Source: Octopus sinensis (Eukaryota). Taken from it: a DNA stretch of 64,000 bases. The notes beneath the pieces were generated by a model. It was not told the origin of the DNA. It made no database searches and saw only the letters and a list, made by a program, of their open reading frames with translations. Positions 13,465 to 25,225 of this stretch are shown here, in pieces. The translations under genes and the position numbers were made by a program. Position 1 is the first letter of the stretch. Each line of letters begins with the position of its first letter. The stretch covers positions 8,556,001 to 8,620,000 of the forward strand of contig NC_043010.1 of the NCBI RefSeq assembly GCF_006345805.1, read 5' to 3'.

Positions 13465-13980
13465 TATTCCTTTACTACCCACAAGGGGGCTAAACACAGA
13501 GAGGACAAACAAGGACAGACAAACGGATTAAGTCGATTATACCGACCCAAGTGCGTAACTGGTACTTAGTTAATCAACCCCAAAAGGATGAAAGGCAAAG
13601 TCGACCTCGACGGAATTCGAACTCAGAACGTAATGGCAGACAAAATACCTATTTCTTTATTGCCCACAGGGGGCTAAACATAGAGGGGACAAACAAGGAC
13701 AGACAAACGGATTAAGTCGATTATACTGACCCCAGTGCGTAACTAGTACTTATTTAATCGACCCTGAGAGGATGAAAGGCAAAGTCAACCTCGGCGGAAT
13801 TTGAACTCAGAACGTAAAGGCAGCCGAAATACTGCAAAGCATTTGCCTTTCATCCTTTCGGGGTCGATAAATTAAGTACCATTTACGCACTGAGATCGAT
13901 GTAATCGACTTAATCCATTTGTCTGTCCCTGTTTGTCCTCTCTGTGTTTAGCCCCTTGTGGGTAGTAAAGAAATAGGTAT
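13465..13980. mobile_element. SINE family B: two tandem minus-strand units fused to an inverted plus-strand unit
   Basis: Minus units ~13465-13647 and ~13648-13845, then plus unit ~13842-13980. Confidence 0.85.
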
Positions 13981-14029
13981 CCACGAGAACACTCCTCAGA
14001 AAAACTGATGGAGTTCCAGACTATTTATA

Positions 14030-14424
14030 TCTATACATATAAAAGTGAGGTTGTGTGCTGTCTGACTCCTACGATTTAAATTCCTAACTACTCCCACATT
14101 TTGTGGTGCAGTTTAATCAAAACCGAGTATCTTATAGTCGTGATTCATATCGAGCCCTTCTGGGTATTAGTGCACGTCTACGATTAGTCTACGATTTAAA
14201 AGAAAATTTACCATCAATTTTTTCCATTTTTAATGCATTTTTGACATATATAAGGGAAGTAACTCTCTAAAAATTTATTATTAAATCTCAGAATGTGAAA
14301 AGCTACAGTAACACCCCACTTTGTGGTTAGGCATATTGAGATGGCTATTATACTTTACATCTCTAAAAGTGCTTATATAGTTATTTCCCTTACAAACCCG
14401 AGCAACGCCGGGCGATACTGGTAG
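14030..14424 (+). mobile_element. Non-autonomous Helitron
   Basis: A|TC start, 3' hairpin cccg-agcaacgc-cggg, terminus gtag (CTAG variant) followed by T. Confidence 0.85.
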
Positions 14425-14814
14425 TATTTATATATATATATGAAGGGTTTTTTTTTCCAGTTTGTCTCTCGTGAATTAACTCTAATGATGTGATTGGTTT
14501 GGAGTTATAATGGAAGACGATAACCCAACTTGCCATTATGTAAGATTGAACTGGAAACCACTTGGCTGCAAAGCTAACTTCTTTCTGACACAACTATGCT
14601 GGTATGTGTGTGTGTATGTGTGGATGCGTGTGTGTGTGTGTGTGTGTGCATGTGTGTGTGTTTGGGTGCATGCTCTGTATAAAATGTAGGAATATGCACA
14701 CACACACACACACACACACACATTTATCTATATATATATAATGAGTGAGAGAGAGAGAGAGAGGTGGGTGGCAGACAGATAGAAAGGCAGACTGATAGAT
14801 TAATACATATATAC

Positions 14815-15505
<691 letters not shown>

Positions 15506-15927
15506 TTGATAGATTTAATAACTAATTAATTGTTATTAATTGCAAATGAATAACAATACAACATATCCTGATGACAACCAATTAATCAAAACGTAATATC
15601 AGCCGCTTAATCCAACCTTCCACTTGTTTACACCTCTTTTCATGCGATAAATTTAATTTCAAGCTTAACTGTGTGACTGGATCTGTTTGTATGTTTACAC
15701 TCTCGCTTATTATCAAACTAAACTTAACATCATTTTAATACCAAGGCTCTCAGAGTAGTTATAGAAGTGAAAATTTAGATATTTTCTGAGAATAAGGAAG
15801 TTATTATGCTCAATTGCATTCGTTAAACAAAGGATTTAATAGAAAATACTAAATGCTGCAATGCTTAACAGGTTAACATAATTTCCATTCATCTGGTTAA
15901 TGAAACCTATATGTAAATATATGCATA

Positions 15928-16328
15928 TCTTTATATATAAAACTGTAGTTGTGTGTGTGTCTGTCTACTCCGATTTAGATTCCTAACTACTCCCACATTT
16001 TGCGGTGCAGTTTAACCAAAACCGGGTATCTTATAGTCGTGATTCATATCGAGCCCTTCTGGGTATTAGCGCGCGTCTACGATGAGTCTATGATTTAAAA
16101 AATAATTTACCATCATTTTTTTCCATTTTAATGCATTTTTTTCGCTATTATATAAGGGATGTAACTCTCTAAAAATGTCTACGATGAGTCAATGATTTAA
16201 AAAAAATTTACCATCATTTTTTTCCCATTTTTAATGCATTTTTTGCTATTTTTTGGCTATAACTCTCTAAAAATGCTTATATAGTTATTTCCCTTACTAA
16301 CCCAAGCAACACCGGGCGATACTGCTAG
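15928..16328 (+). mobile_element. Non-autonomous Helitron, unit 1 of a tandem trimer
   Basis: A|TC start; cccaagcaacaccggg hairpin; CTAG end. Confidence 0.9.
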
Positions 16329-16836
16329 TCTATATATATAAAACTGTAGTTGTGTGAGTGTCTGTCCCCTTCGATTTAGATTCCTAACTACTCCCACATT
16401 TTGCAGTGCAGTTTAATCAAATTCGGGTATCTTATAGTCGTGATTCATATTGAGCCCGTCTGGTTATTAGCGCACATCTACGATGAGTCTACGATTTAAA
16501 TAATAATTTAACATCATTTTTTATTCCATTTTAATGCATAATTTTTCGTGTGTTGATGGCGGCGGAGTTGGCGTCCATGGTCACAGCTGCACCTGTGTTG
16601 CTTCTCCCCCTTCTTCCCTCCCTCGTGAAGCTGTGGGGAAGGGAGTGTAAGGAAATCAACGTCGTAAAGCGTTGTCAAAGAGACCAGCGTTCTTTTAGAA
16701 CAACGACTTCATGGCTTGAAGACACCAAAACAGAAATGGCTAAGAAAGCCCGAATTGGCATCTATAGTAACTCTCTAAAAATGCTTATTTAGTTATTTCC
16801 CTTACAAACCCGAGCAACGCCGGGCGATACTGCTAG
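16329..16836 (+). mobile_element. Non-autonomous Helitron, unit 2 (carries ~220-bp GC-rich insert)
   Basis: CTAG|TC junction; hairpin and CTAG end; homologous to 50313-50825. Confidence 0.9.
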
Positions 16837-17227
16837 TTATATATAAAAGTGAAGTTGTGTGTCTGTCTCCTACGATTTAGATTCCTAACTACTCCCACAT
16901 TTTGCGGTGCAGTTTAACCAAAACCGGGTATCTTATAGTCGTGATTCATATCGAGCCCTTCTGGGTATTAGCGCATGTCTACGATTAGTCTACGATTTAA
17001 AAGAAAATTTACCATCAATTTTTCCCATTTTTAATGCATTTTCAGCATATATAAGGGAAATAACTCTCGAAAAATTTATTATTAAATCTCTGAACGTGAA
17101 AAGCTACAGTAACAACCCCACCTTTGTGGTTAGCCATATTGAGATGGCTATTATACTTTACATCTCTAAAAATGCTTATATAGTTATCTCCCTTACAAAC
17201 CCGAGCAACGCCGGGCGATACTGCTAG
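16837..17227 (+). mobile_element. Non-autonomous Helitron, unit 3
   Basis: Homologous to 14030-14424; hairpin and CTAG end. Confidence 0.9.
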
Positions 17228-17452
17228 TTAAACATATAAGCCTTTATGCATATAGGTTTTTGTTTAGTTTTATTTCAAGATTTCTTGCCAATGGTGGAAG
17301 ATCCTATTTCTAACTTGGTGCCAATGTTCCTTCGTTCGAATTTCAAACAACATCGACTGTAAAGTTGTGCATGTATGTGTGTGTATATATGTGTATATAT
17401 ATAAATATTTTAGAGCTAATACACGTGCAGAACTGTATCTGTACTAATACAC

Positions 17453-17454
<2 letters not shown>

Positions 17455-17484
<30 letters not shown>

Positions 17485-17550
17485 AACAATAATAATCATA
17501 ATAATAATGATAATAATATTAATGACAATAACAATAACAACAACAACAAC

Positions 17551-17617
<67 letters not shown>

Positions 17618-17802
17618 TAACTGGGCCCCACCTGCAAGGTCATGCGCTGTTTATCTTGATATGAGATGACCATGTCGCACACATATGGTTGTGATGCATG
17701 TGCCTGGTGTACCCCTATCAGACGTGCTGTCGTGATGGGTATATTGGGCTTCATATATTTTACCCCAGTGTCACTTTGATGGCATGCACTGCTCTCTCAC
17801 TC

Positions 17803-17837
<35 letters not shown>

Positions 17838-18095
17838 TAATAATAATAATAATAATAATAAAGCACGTTATAAAAATAAAACTACTGAATGATGATGATG
17901 AGGATGATGACGATGATAATAATAATAGTAATAATAATAACAACAACAATGATGATGATGATGATTATAATAATAAGAATAATAATGATGATAATAATAA
18001 TAATGATAATAATAATAACAATAATAATAATAATAATAAAATAAAAATAATAATAATAATGACGACGACGACGATGATGATGATCATCATCATGA
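17455..18095. repeat. (AAT)n/(GAT)n tracts enclosing a ~185-bp probable LINE 3' tail fragment (17620-17803)
   Basis: Triplet repeats directly visible; the enclosed segment runs into an (AAT)n tail. Confidence 0.75.
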
Positions 18096-18204
18096 TGAAC
18101 TTCATGTACACTACAACTTATCAGAAAAAGTGGCCAAAAGTAGATGAACAGCACACAGAATATGTATTGGAAGTGAAAAGTGTAAAAGTCTGAAAAAAAA
18201 AGAA

Positions 18205-18560
18205 GAAGAAACCTGAGTGGGAGGCATCAGGCAAATTTCTGGAAACCTGGAAGTTTTGAAGGATGCAGTGTCTTGACAGCTAACGACTGATGCAGGCTGT
18301 TTATTCCATGCTTCAGCAATTCTGAGTGTGGAAAAAAATGTTTCTAAAAGTCATGGGTGTTGTGCGATATGGAATTCCAAAAAAGCTTTCCAAGTTTGTT
18401 GGAAAGATGGTGGATTATCTTGTGGGCCTCAACCAAATTAGTTGCCAGATGTCAAAGATTTAATAAAGATTTAAAGGGAAGCAAGACATTCAGTGCATGG
18501 TAGATGCCTGGTGCAGGTAGTTGTCTTGTTGCGTGTTTCTGAACAGTTTCCAGGAGATTG
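18205..18560 (-). pseudogene. CR1-group LINE ORF2 C-terminal remnant
   Basis: Minus strand gives LVEAHKIIHHL ... TLRIAEAWNKQPASVVSCQDTASFKTS, with stops and frameshifts. Confidence 0.65.
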
Positions 18561-18572
18561 ATATGCTGAGCA

Positions 18573-18956
18573 GTGGAGGTGCAATGGCCCAGTGGTTAGG
18601 GCAGAGGACTCGCGGTCATAGGATCACGGTTTCGATTCCCAGACCGGGCGTTGTGAGTGTTTATTGAGCGAAAACACCTAAAAGCCCCACGAGGCTCCGG
18701 CAGGGATGGTGGTGATCCCTGCTGTACTCTTTCACCACAACTTTCTCTCACTCTTACTTCCTGTTTCTATTGTATCTGTATTTCAAGGGGCCGGCCTTGT
18801 CACTCTCTGTGTCACGCTGAATATCCCCGAGAACTATGTTAAGGGTACACGTGTCTGTGGAGTGCTCAGCCACTTACACGTTAATTTCACGAGCAGGCTG
18901 TTCCGTTGATTCGGATCAACTGGAACCCTCATAGTCGTAACCAATGGAGTGCTTCC
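18573..18956 (+). mobile_element. SINE family C, full length
   Basis: Near-identical to 6666-7051; 10-bp TSD atgctgagca. Confidence 0.9.
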
Positions 18957-19009
18957 ATGCTGAGCAAGATAGGGGCTCAAGACTAGTTATGCAAACTCGA
19001 AGTGCTTAA

Positions 19010-19210
19010 CCCTTTAGCATTTAAACAGCCATGTCTGGCTAAAATGTCCCACCTGCTTTATGTCCAAACTGACTAAATCTGGCACCCTCACACCAACCCT
19101 GCAATGTCATTCTAAAACTAAACAACCACAGCATCTAACTCTTGCATAAATGCTAAACAATGTGAATGGAAAAGTATTACATTTGACAGAATAATCTGAA
19201 CATTAAAAGA
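19010..19210. mobile_element. piggyBac-type MITE, diverged
   Basis: TTAA|CCCTTTAG ... aaaga|TTAA. Confidence 0.6.
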
Positions 19211-19334
19211 TTAAAGTAACTTCTGAATTCTTTATGCAGGACAAGGCCTTTACTGTCATGAATACCTATAAGAAAATTCCATATCAAACTGATGATGGTT
19301 GTAATAGAGATAAATGCAGCTAAACTTATTTTTA

Positions 19335-19643
19335 TTTATGCGCCCTTTTCAAGCCTAGCCAGGCTCATGAGTCCAGTTTCCCGGTTTCTGTGGCGTATGT
19401 GTTCCCCCCAGCAGGATGGGACACCAGTCCATTGCAGCATTACTCAAGAAACAGGAAGAAAGAGTGAGAGAATGTTGGGGCGAAAGAGTACAACAGGGGT
19501 TGCCACCACCCCCTACCGGAGCCTCATGGAGCTTTTAGGTGTTTTCGTTCCATAAACACACACAACGCCCGGTCTGGGAATCAAAACCATGATCCTCCGA
19601 CCGCGAGTCTGCTGCCCTAACCACTGGGCCATTGCGCCTCCAC
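19335..19643 (-). mobile_element. SINE with family C head and a different 3' body
   Basis: Head matches 6666; 3' part differs (gaaaccgggaaactggactcatgagcctggc). Confidence 0.8.
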
Positions 19644-19995
19644 GCAGCTAACCTTGGTATAAATATATTTACATGCAACACAAAACAATACATGATATGT
19701 AATCATATCACCACTACCACCACCACCAGTCATTGCTTTCATCATCATTATTGTCATCGTTGTCATCATCATCATCATCATCATCATTTAGTGTCTGTTG
19801 TTCATGCTGGCATGGGTTGGATGGTTTGGCCAGGGCTGGCAAGCTGAAAGCCTACACTAAACCCCAGTCTGATTTGGCGTGGTTTCTATAGCTGGATGCC
19901 CTTCCCAGTGCTAACCACTCCAAGAGTGTAATGGGTGCTTTTATGTACCACTGGCATGGGCACCATTTGCCTGACACCGATATCTGTCATGACTG

Positions 19996-20312
19996 TAACT
20001 TTACTTTGTTATTTGTTCCTTCTCGAGCCACGCCTGGCTCATAAGGGTCGGTTTCCCGGTTTCCTTGGCATATAGGTTCCCCACCTGGACGAGACGCCGG
20101 TCCGTCGCAGGTGAGCTGCAAGATGCAGGAGGAAAGAGTGAGTGAAAGTTGTGGCGAAAGAGTCAGCAGAAGTTCGCCATTACCTTCTGCCGGAGCCACG
20201 TGGAGCTTAGGTGTTTCGCTCATAAACACAGACATCGCCCGGTCTGAGATTCGAACCTGCGATTCATTGCCTGCGAGCCTGCTGCTCTAACACTTGGCCA
20301 TGTGCCTCCACT
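19996..20312 (-). mobile_element. tRNA-headed SINE (family C head, third body type)
   Basis: ggaggcacatggccaagtgttagagcagc...ggttcgaatc; nested in the RTE 3' UTR. Confidence 0.8.
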
Positions 20313-20320
20313 CTTGTTGC

Positions 20321-20438
20321 ACTTATTGCACCTAGGTTTCCCAAGCGATCACCCATCTAAGTACTGACTAGGCTCGATGTTGCTTAACTTTGGTGATCGG
20401 ACAAGAACCAGTGCTTTCAATGTGATAAGGTCATACTT
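20321..20438 (-). pseudogene. 5S rRNA-derived pseudogene
   Basis: Minus strand gtatgaccttatcacattgaaagcactggttcttgtccgatcaccaaagttaagcaacatcgagcctagtcagtacttagatgggtgatcgcttgggaaacctaggtgc aligns over ~118 nt with animal 5S rRNA; box A and box C are recognisable; substitutions fit CpG decay. Confidence 0.85.
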
Positions 20439-21351
20439 GGCCTCCATGGGGCCCAACGTGTGAAAGGTGCCATTTACGTGACACCAGCATCGGCCACAAC
20501 TACAATTACATTTAAGCTTGACAGGTTTTCTCAAGCAGAGCATATTGCCAAAGGTCGGTCACTAGTCATTGCCTCTGTGAGGCCCAAAGTTTGAAAGTCA
20601 TGCTTCACCACCTCATCCCATGTCATCCTGGGTCTACTTCTACCACAGGTTCCCTCTATAGTTAGAGATTGGAATTTCTTTACAGAGCTGTCTTCATCCA
20701 TACGCATCACATGACCATACCTGCGCAGTTGTCTCTCTTGCACACCACAGCTGATGCCTCTTATGCCCAAACTTTTTCTTTCAAGATGTTTACATACTGT
20801 CAAACATGCACACTAGGGTGGAGCAAAAAGGTACTTTTTACACAGATTTTTAAAAATAGATTTTCAAGAATATACTTTTTATTTTTGCAAAATCCTTTAA
20901 AAACAACTGTGTTAAAATCTGAAGTTCTTAAATTTACATCTTCAGGCTCTGCAGCCAATTTGAAATTTTGAATAAAGAGTGAAAAATCAATTTATAACAT
21001 GTTTGCCATTCCTCATTTTATTTTTTACATTTATTGTTACAAATTAATTTTCTTTTGTAAAATTTTTTTAAAGACAACAGTGTTAATATCTCAGGCTTTA
21101 AAATTTATGTCTTCAGGTTCTGCAATGCACTTGAAATTTCCAAATTATGTAAAATAAATAGACTTTTTGACTTTGTTTTCTTTATTATTCTTAATACTAG
21201 GTCACCAAATATATGAGTTACATGAGGTCTAGATTACACACACATTAAAATAAAATTACGTGTAAACCAATTTTTTATTCTTGACATGTTCATCCTGTAA
21301 AAATCTTGTTCTCTCTGTGGTACCGTTTTGTTTCTACCACAACGGAAGCTT

Positions 21352-21627
21352 AGTGCCGCCTCGACTGGCTTCCGTGCCGGTGGCACGTAAAATGCACCAA
21401 TCCGACCATGGCCGATGCCAGCCTCGCCTGGCACCAGTGCAGGTGGCACGTAAAAAGCACCCACTACACTCACGGGGTGGTTGGCGTTAGGAAGGGCATC
21501 CAGCTGTAGAAACATTGCCAGATAAGACCGGAGCCTGGTGCAGCCTTCTGGCTTCCCAGATCCCCGGTCGAACCGTCCAACCCATGCTAGCACGGAAAAC
21601 AGACGTTAAACGATGATGATGATGATG
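21352..21627 (+). mobile_element. RTE-tail element
   Basis: Matches 4318-4737; (GAT)n tail. Confidence 0.8.
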
Positions 21628-21827
21628 TACTTGCAGCAGAAAATGTCAGATAAAATCTTTTGTTGCATTGTTTTTGAAAACATTACACTTTGTTTGAAAC
21701 GATGGCACATTATTTCTATTTTTCACAGATTTTAGTAATGCTTGGTACTTCAGATAAAGGGTTAAGATTTTCAGTTTAACTGACTCAGTCGCAACACAAG
21801 AGATGGTTGCCTTTTGTCAAAGAAGAA

Positions 21828-22235
21828 TTTGGCACTTGTGCCCATGCTAGTAGGGTGCCAAGAGCACTATCCGAGCGTGATCGTTGCCAGAGCAGCCAAC
21901 TGGCTTCCGTGCTGGTGGCACTTAAAAGGGAACCATTCGAGCGTGATCGTTACCAACGTCGCTTCACTGGCACCTGTGCTGGTGGCATTTGTAAAAAGAT
22001 TCGAGCGAGGTCATTGCCAGTACTGTCTGACTGGCTCCCATGCCGGTGGCACATAAAAAGCACCCACTACACTCTCAGAGTGGTTGGCGTTAGGAAGGGC
22101 ATCCAGCTGTAAAAACTCTGCCAAATCAAGATTGGAGCTTGGTGCAGCCATCTGGTTCGCCAGCCCTCAGTCAAAATCGTCCGACCCATGCTAGCATGGA
22201 AAGCGGACATTAAACGATGATGATGATGATGATGC
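21828..22235 (+). mobile_element. RTE-tail element with internal tandem repeats
   Basis: Same 3' end; repeated cgagcgtgatcgtt units; (GAT)n tail. Confidence 0.8.
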
Positions 22236-22565
22236 TATTATTTTGACAATTTGCTTAATTGAGGGATCTTTCTTAGCTACTTTTTTCTCATTCAAATAAA
22301 ACATATATTAGTACATCCTTGTAAGTTGGGAAAACTCGCTTGCTAAGATCACATGAAGTACTCAATATTGGACATTCCTTATCATGACACATTATTGACT
22401 TATGAGTCATCACTAAATGTAAACAAAAACAAAATTTAACACAATCGTTAATTTTAATGCAATGGCCCAAAATCAGGGTACAAAGCAGAAAACTTCACAC
22501 ATGTACGATGTTTGTCCACATGCAGCGACCATTACAGCGGTACTGGAGAGAAGTTCACACTCCTA

Positions 22566-22988
22566 GGGTCTTTTCGGTTTGACCGGCAGTTTTTAACATA
22601 ATTTCTAGGTAACTAAAAAATTTTTAACTTCGTATACTGGTAGAATGTATTTATAAAACAACTTTTTCTCTTGGCTTTATTGAGAAAATTCTATAGTTTG
22701 TAAGATATTTGTTGCTTTTTTTTTTTTGTTTAGTTTCTGCAATTTCAACCAATCACTGACGTCTATTGAGGTAAAAAAAACATTCTGTGCTGTATGAACA
22801 TGTCCCTCGTTTAAGAAACAGATTGGGTTTATTTACATTTGTGAAGAAAAAAAGATACCCTCTCCCCACCCCTAACCCAGACCCTAAAACAGATTGAAAT
22901 GCAATAGATCGATACTAGGGTCATAATTATGGGTGACAATTTCATATGACACCGCTAGAAAAAACTGCCGTTCAAACCGAAAAGATCA
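22566..22988. mobile_element. MITE with GG termini and 8-bp TSD (Merlin-like)
   Basis: TIR ggatcttttcggtttgaacggcagttttt; flanks cactccta and cactcctg. Confidence 0.8.
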
Positions 22989-23769
22989 CACTCCTGTTCT
23001 CTTTGTAGTCAATGCAGAACCTCAAGATATTAGCTAATTGTATTGAAACTTGGTATGCAATCTCTTAAGGGTACTACATGTACTGTTTTGCATTCTGTTA
23101 TGTAAAAATATGTATTTGTTATGACTTTCCATGAAATCCAAAATTCAACTAAAAGTAGCAAATTTAAAAAATTTTCAAGTGCCTTGCAGAGCCTGAAAAG
23201 AAATCCATTTAACCGCAAAGTTCTTTATAGACCTTTCTTTTAACCCTAATTCACAACAAAATATCGATTCTTGGTTACCAATCTCGGAAGTTGCATTTTT
23301 TGCCCCACCCTAATGCACACTGACATTGCACATCCAGTGAAGCATACTGGCTTCATTTCTTTCAAGCCTACGCATATCCTTGGCTGCCACAGCCCGTGTG
23401 TCACTGCTGTGTAGTATAGTTGTTCACACACAGGCAACATTCAGTCTGCCTTTTAATCTGAGGGAGAGGATCTTTGATGCCAGCAGAGGTAGGAGCTCTT
23501 TGAACTTTGCCCAGCCTATTCTTATTCTTACAGCTATGCTCTTGGAGCATTTACCTCCACTACTAACTTGGCCACCTAGATAACAGAAGCTATCTACAAC
23601 CTCTAGCTTACCCATCTGGCGGTTGATGGAGTCTTTTTTCTGTACATTTTTGGTGTTTATTGTACCTTTTTTTCAGAAAGTGAAAGAATAACATCACCAT
23701 TCTATAGCAAAATTGTTGAACTACACTTTGAAAATTTTTGATATCTTGGCATCTGAAGATACGATTGTG

Positions 23770-24006
23770 TGGGATGATGTCAGCAGCTGGGGAGCTGACC
23801 GGAACTTGGGGCTGACCGGAAGGGGCAGCCGTGATGCGTGTGCAGCGAGCGGGTCATTCTGCCTTTTCGAGTCTGTTCATTGAGGGGTTAAGACGGGTGA
23901 TCACGTTGTTATGGTTGGGTGAAGCAGCTGCTATCTCTAGCGTTCGGGTTGGGCTGTGTCGAAGGATCCGTTACCGCTGAAGGGTCTCCATCAGAGTGAA
24001 GAGAAG
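23770..24006 (+). promoter_or_regulatory. Possible promoter / non-coding first exon
   Basis: GC- and CpG-richer unique sequence; two GCTGACCGGAA motifs (ETS-like core) at 23794 and 23811; ends at AAG|GTAGGT donor-like site. Confidence 0.3.
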
Positions 24007-24544
24007 GTAGGTGCTTTTATTTCGAATCTCTCGCACACACCACAGATTGTTTGACCAAAAGAACCGGTAATTGCAAGCAAAAATAAATATTAAAAAAAAA
24101 AATGCGTTTGGCCAAATTTGGACATACGACAGTTTAACATAATAGCAACGACACACACACACCCACACACTCATACACACATATACGCATATGTATTTAT
24201 GTATGTGTGTGTGTCTTTGTCTGTGTTTGTCACCCCATGACGACTTGACAATCGAGGGAGGTGTGTGTTTATGTTTCCGTAAGTTAGTGGTTCGGCAAAA
24301 GTGACCGATAGAATAAGTGCTAGCATTACAAAGGATAAGTCATGGGGTCGATTTCGTCGACTGAAAAAACCCTTTAAGGAGGTGCTCAAGCATAACTGTG
24401 TGTGTGTGTGTGCGTGTGTGCAAGCGTGTGTGTCCATGTGTGTTGTTCGTCCGTGCGCATGCCTCTGTAAGTATTTTTGCGGGAGATTTTCTAAGTTTAA
24501 AACTGTAAACGAATTATTCCTTGCAGAGTGGCATTATATTGACG

Positions 24545-25225
24545 ACAATGTTGGTACTACTAGCGAACAGTGGTCCCGGTGCGCACACACGCACAGTCAC
24601 GCACCCACGCTAGCTAGTCGTGAGTAGTCGATCCTATGACGACTACCTAGCAAAGTAAATAAAACACAAACAAATAATTTTTGTTAAACAAAGGCGCAGG
24701 GGTGGCTGTGTGGTAAGTAGCTTGCTTACCAACCACATGGTTCCGGGTTCAGTCCCACTGCGTGGCATCTTGAGCAAGTGTCTTCTACTATAGCCTCGGG
24801 CCGACCAAAGCCTTGTGAGTGGATTTGGTAGATGGAAACTGAAAGAAGCCTGTCATGTATATATATATGTATATATATATATATATATAAGTGTGTGTGT
24901 ATATGTTTGTGTGTCTGTGTTTGTATCCCTAGCATTGCTTGACAACCGATGCTGGTGTGTTTACGTCCCCGTTACCTAGCGGTTCGGCAAAATAGACCGA
25001 TAGAATAAGTTCTGGGCTTACAAAAGAATACGTCCCGGGGTCGATTTGCTCGACTAAAGGCGGTGCTCCAGCATGGCCGCAGTCAAATGACTGAAACAAG
25101 TAAAAGAGAGAAAGTAAATAAAACACAAAAACACAAAGTAAGGATCGACTAGTCATGACTATCTAGCGCGGATGCGCGACTGCGGGTGTGCGCAGCGGGA
25201 CCACTGTTCGCAAGTAGAACCGATA
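24545..25225. repeat. ~85-bp CpG-rich inverted repeat pair (about 24553-24635 and 25141-25222)
   Basis: Arms ~85% reverse-complementary; a SINE is inserted in the loop. Confidence 0.9.
24691..25110 (+). mobile_element. SINE family A, full length
   Basis: Consensus match; aaagtaaataaaacacaaa repeated on both sides. Confidence 0.9.

Larger units (their letters stand above)
20814..23312. mobile_element. Non-autonomous hAT-type DNA transposon (2.5 kb including nested elements)
   Basis: TIRs TAGGGTGG(A/G)GCAAAAA; exact 8-bp TSD atgcacac (20806-20813 and 23313-23320); subterminal motif ttcaggctctgca..ttgaaattt occurs twice on the left and once inverted on the right. Confidence 0.85.
19775..23620 (-). 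mobile_element. 5'-truncated RTE-clade LINE, interrupted by nested insertions
   Basis: ORF remnants LEVVDSFCYLG..ARIRIGWAKFKELLPLL and RNEASMLHWMCNVSVH (23313-23620) continue into LGIRGISCGVQERQLRRYGHVMRM..GRSRPRMTWDEVV (20531-20813); 3' UTR and (GAT)n tail extend to ~19775. Confidence 0.85.
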
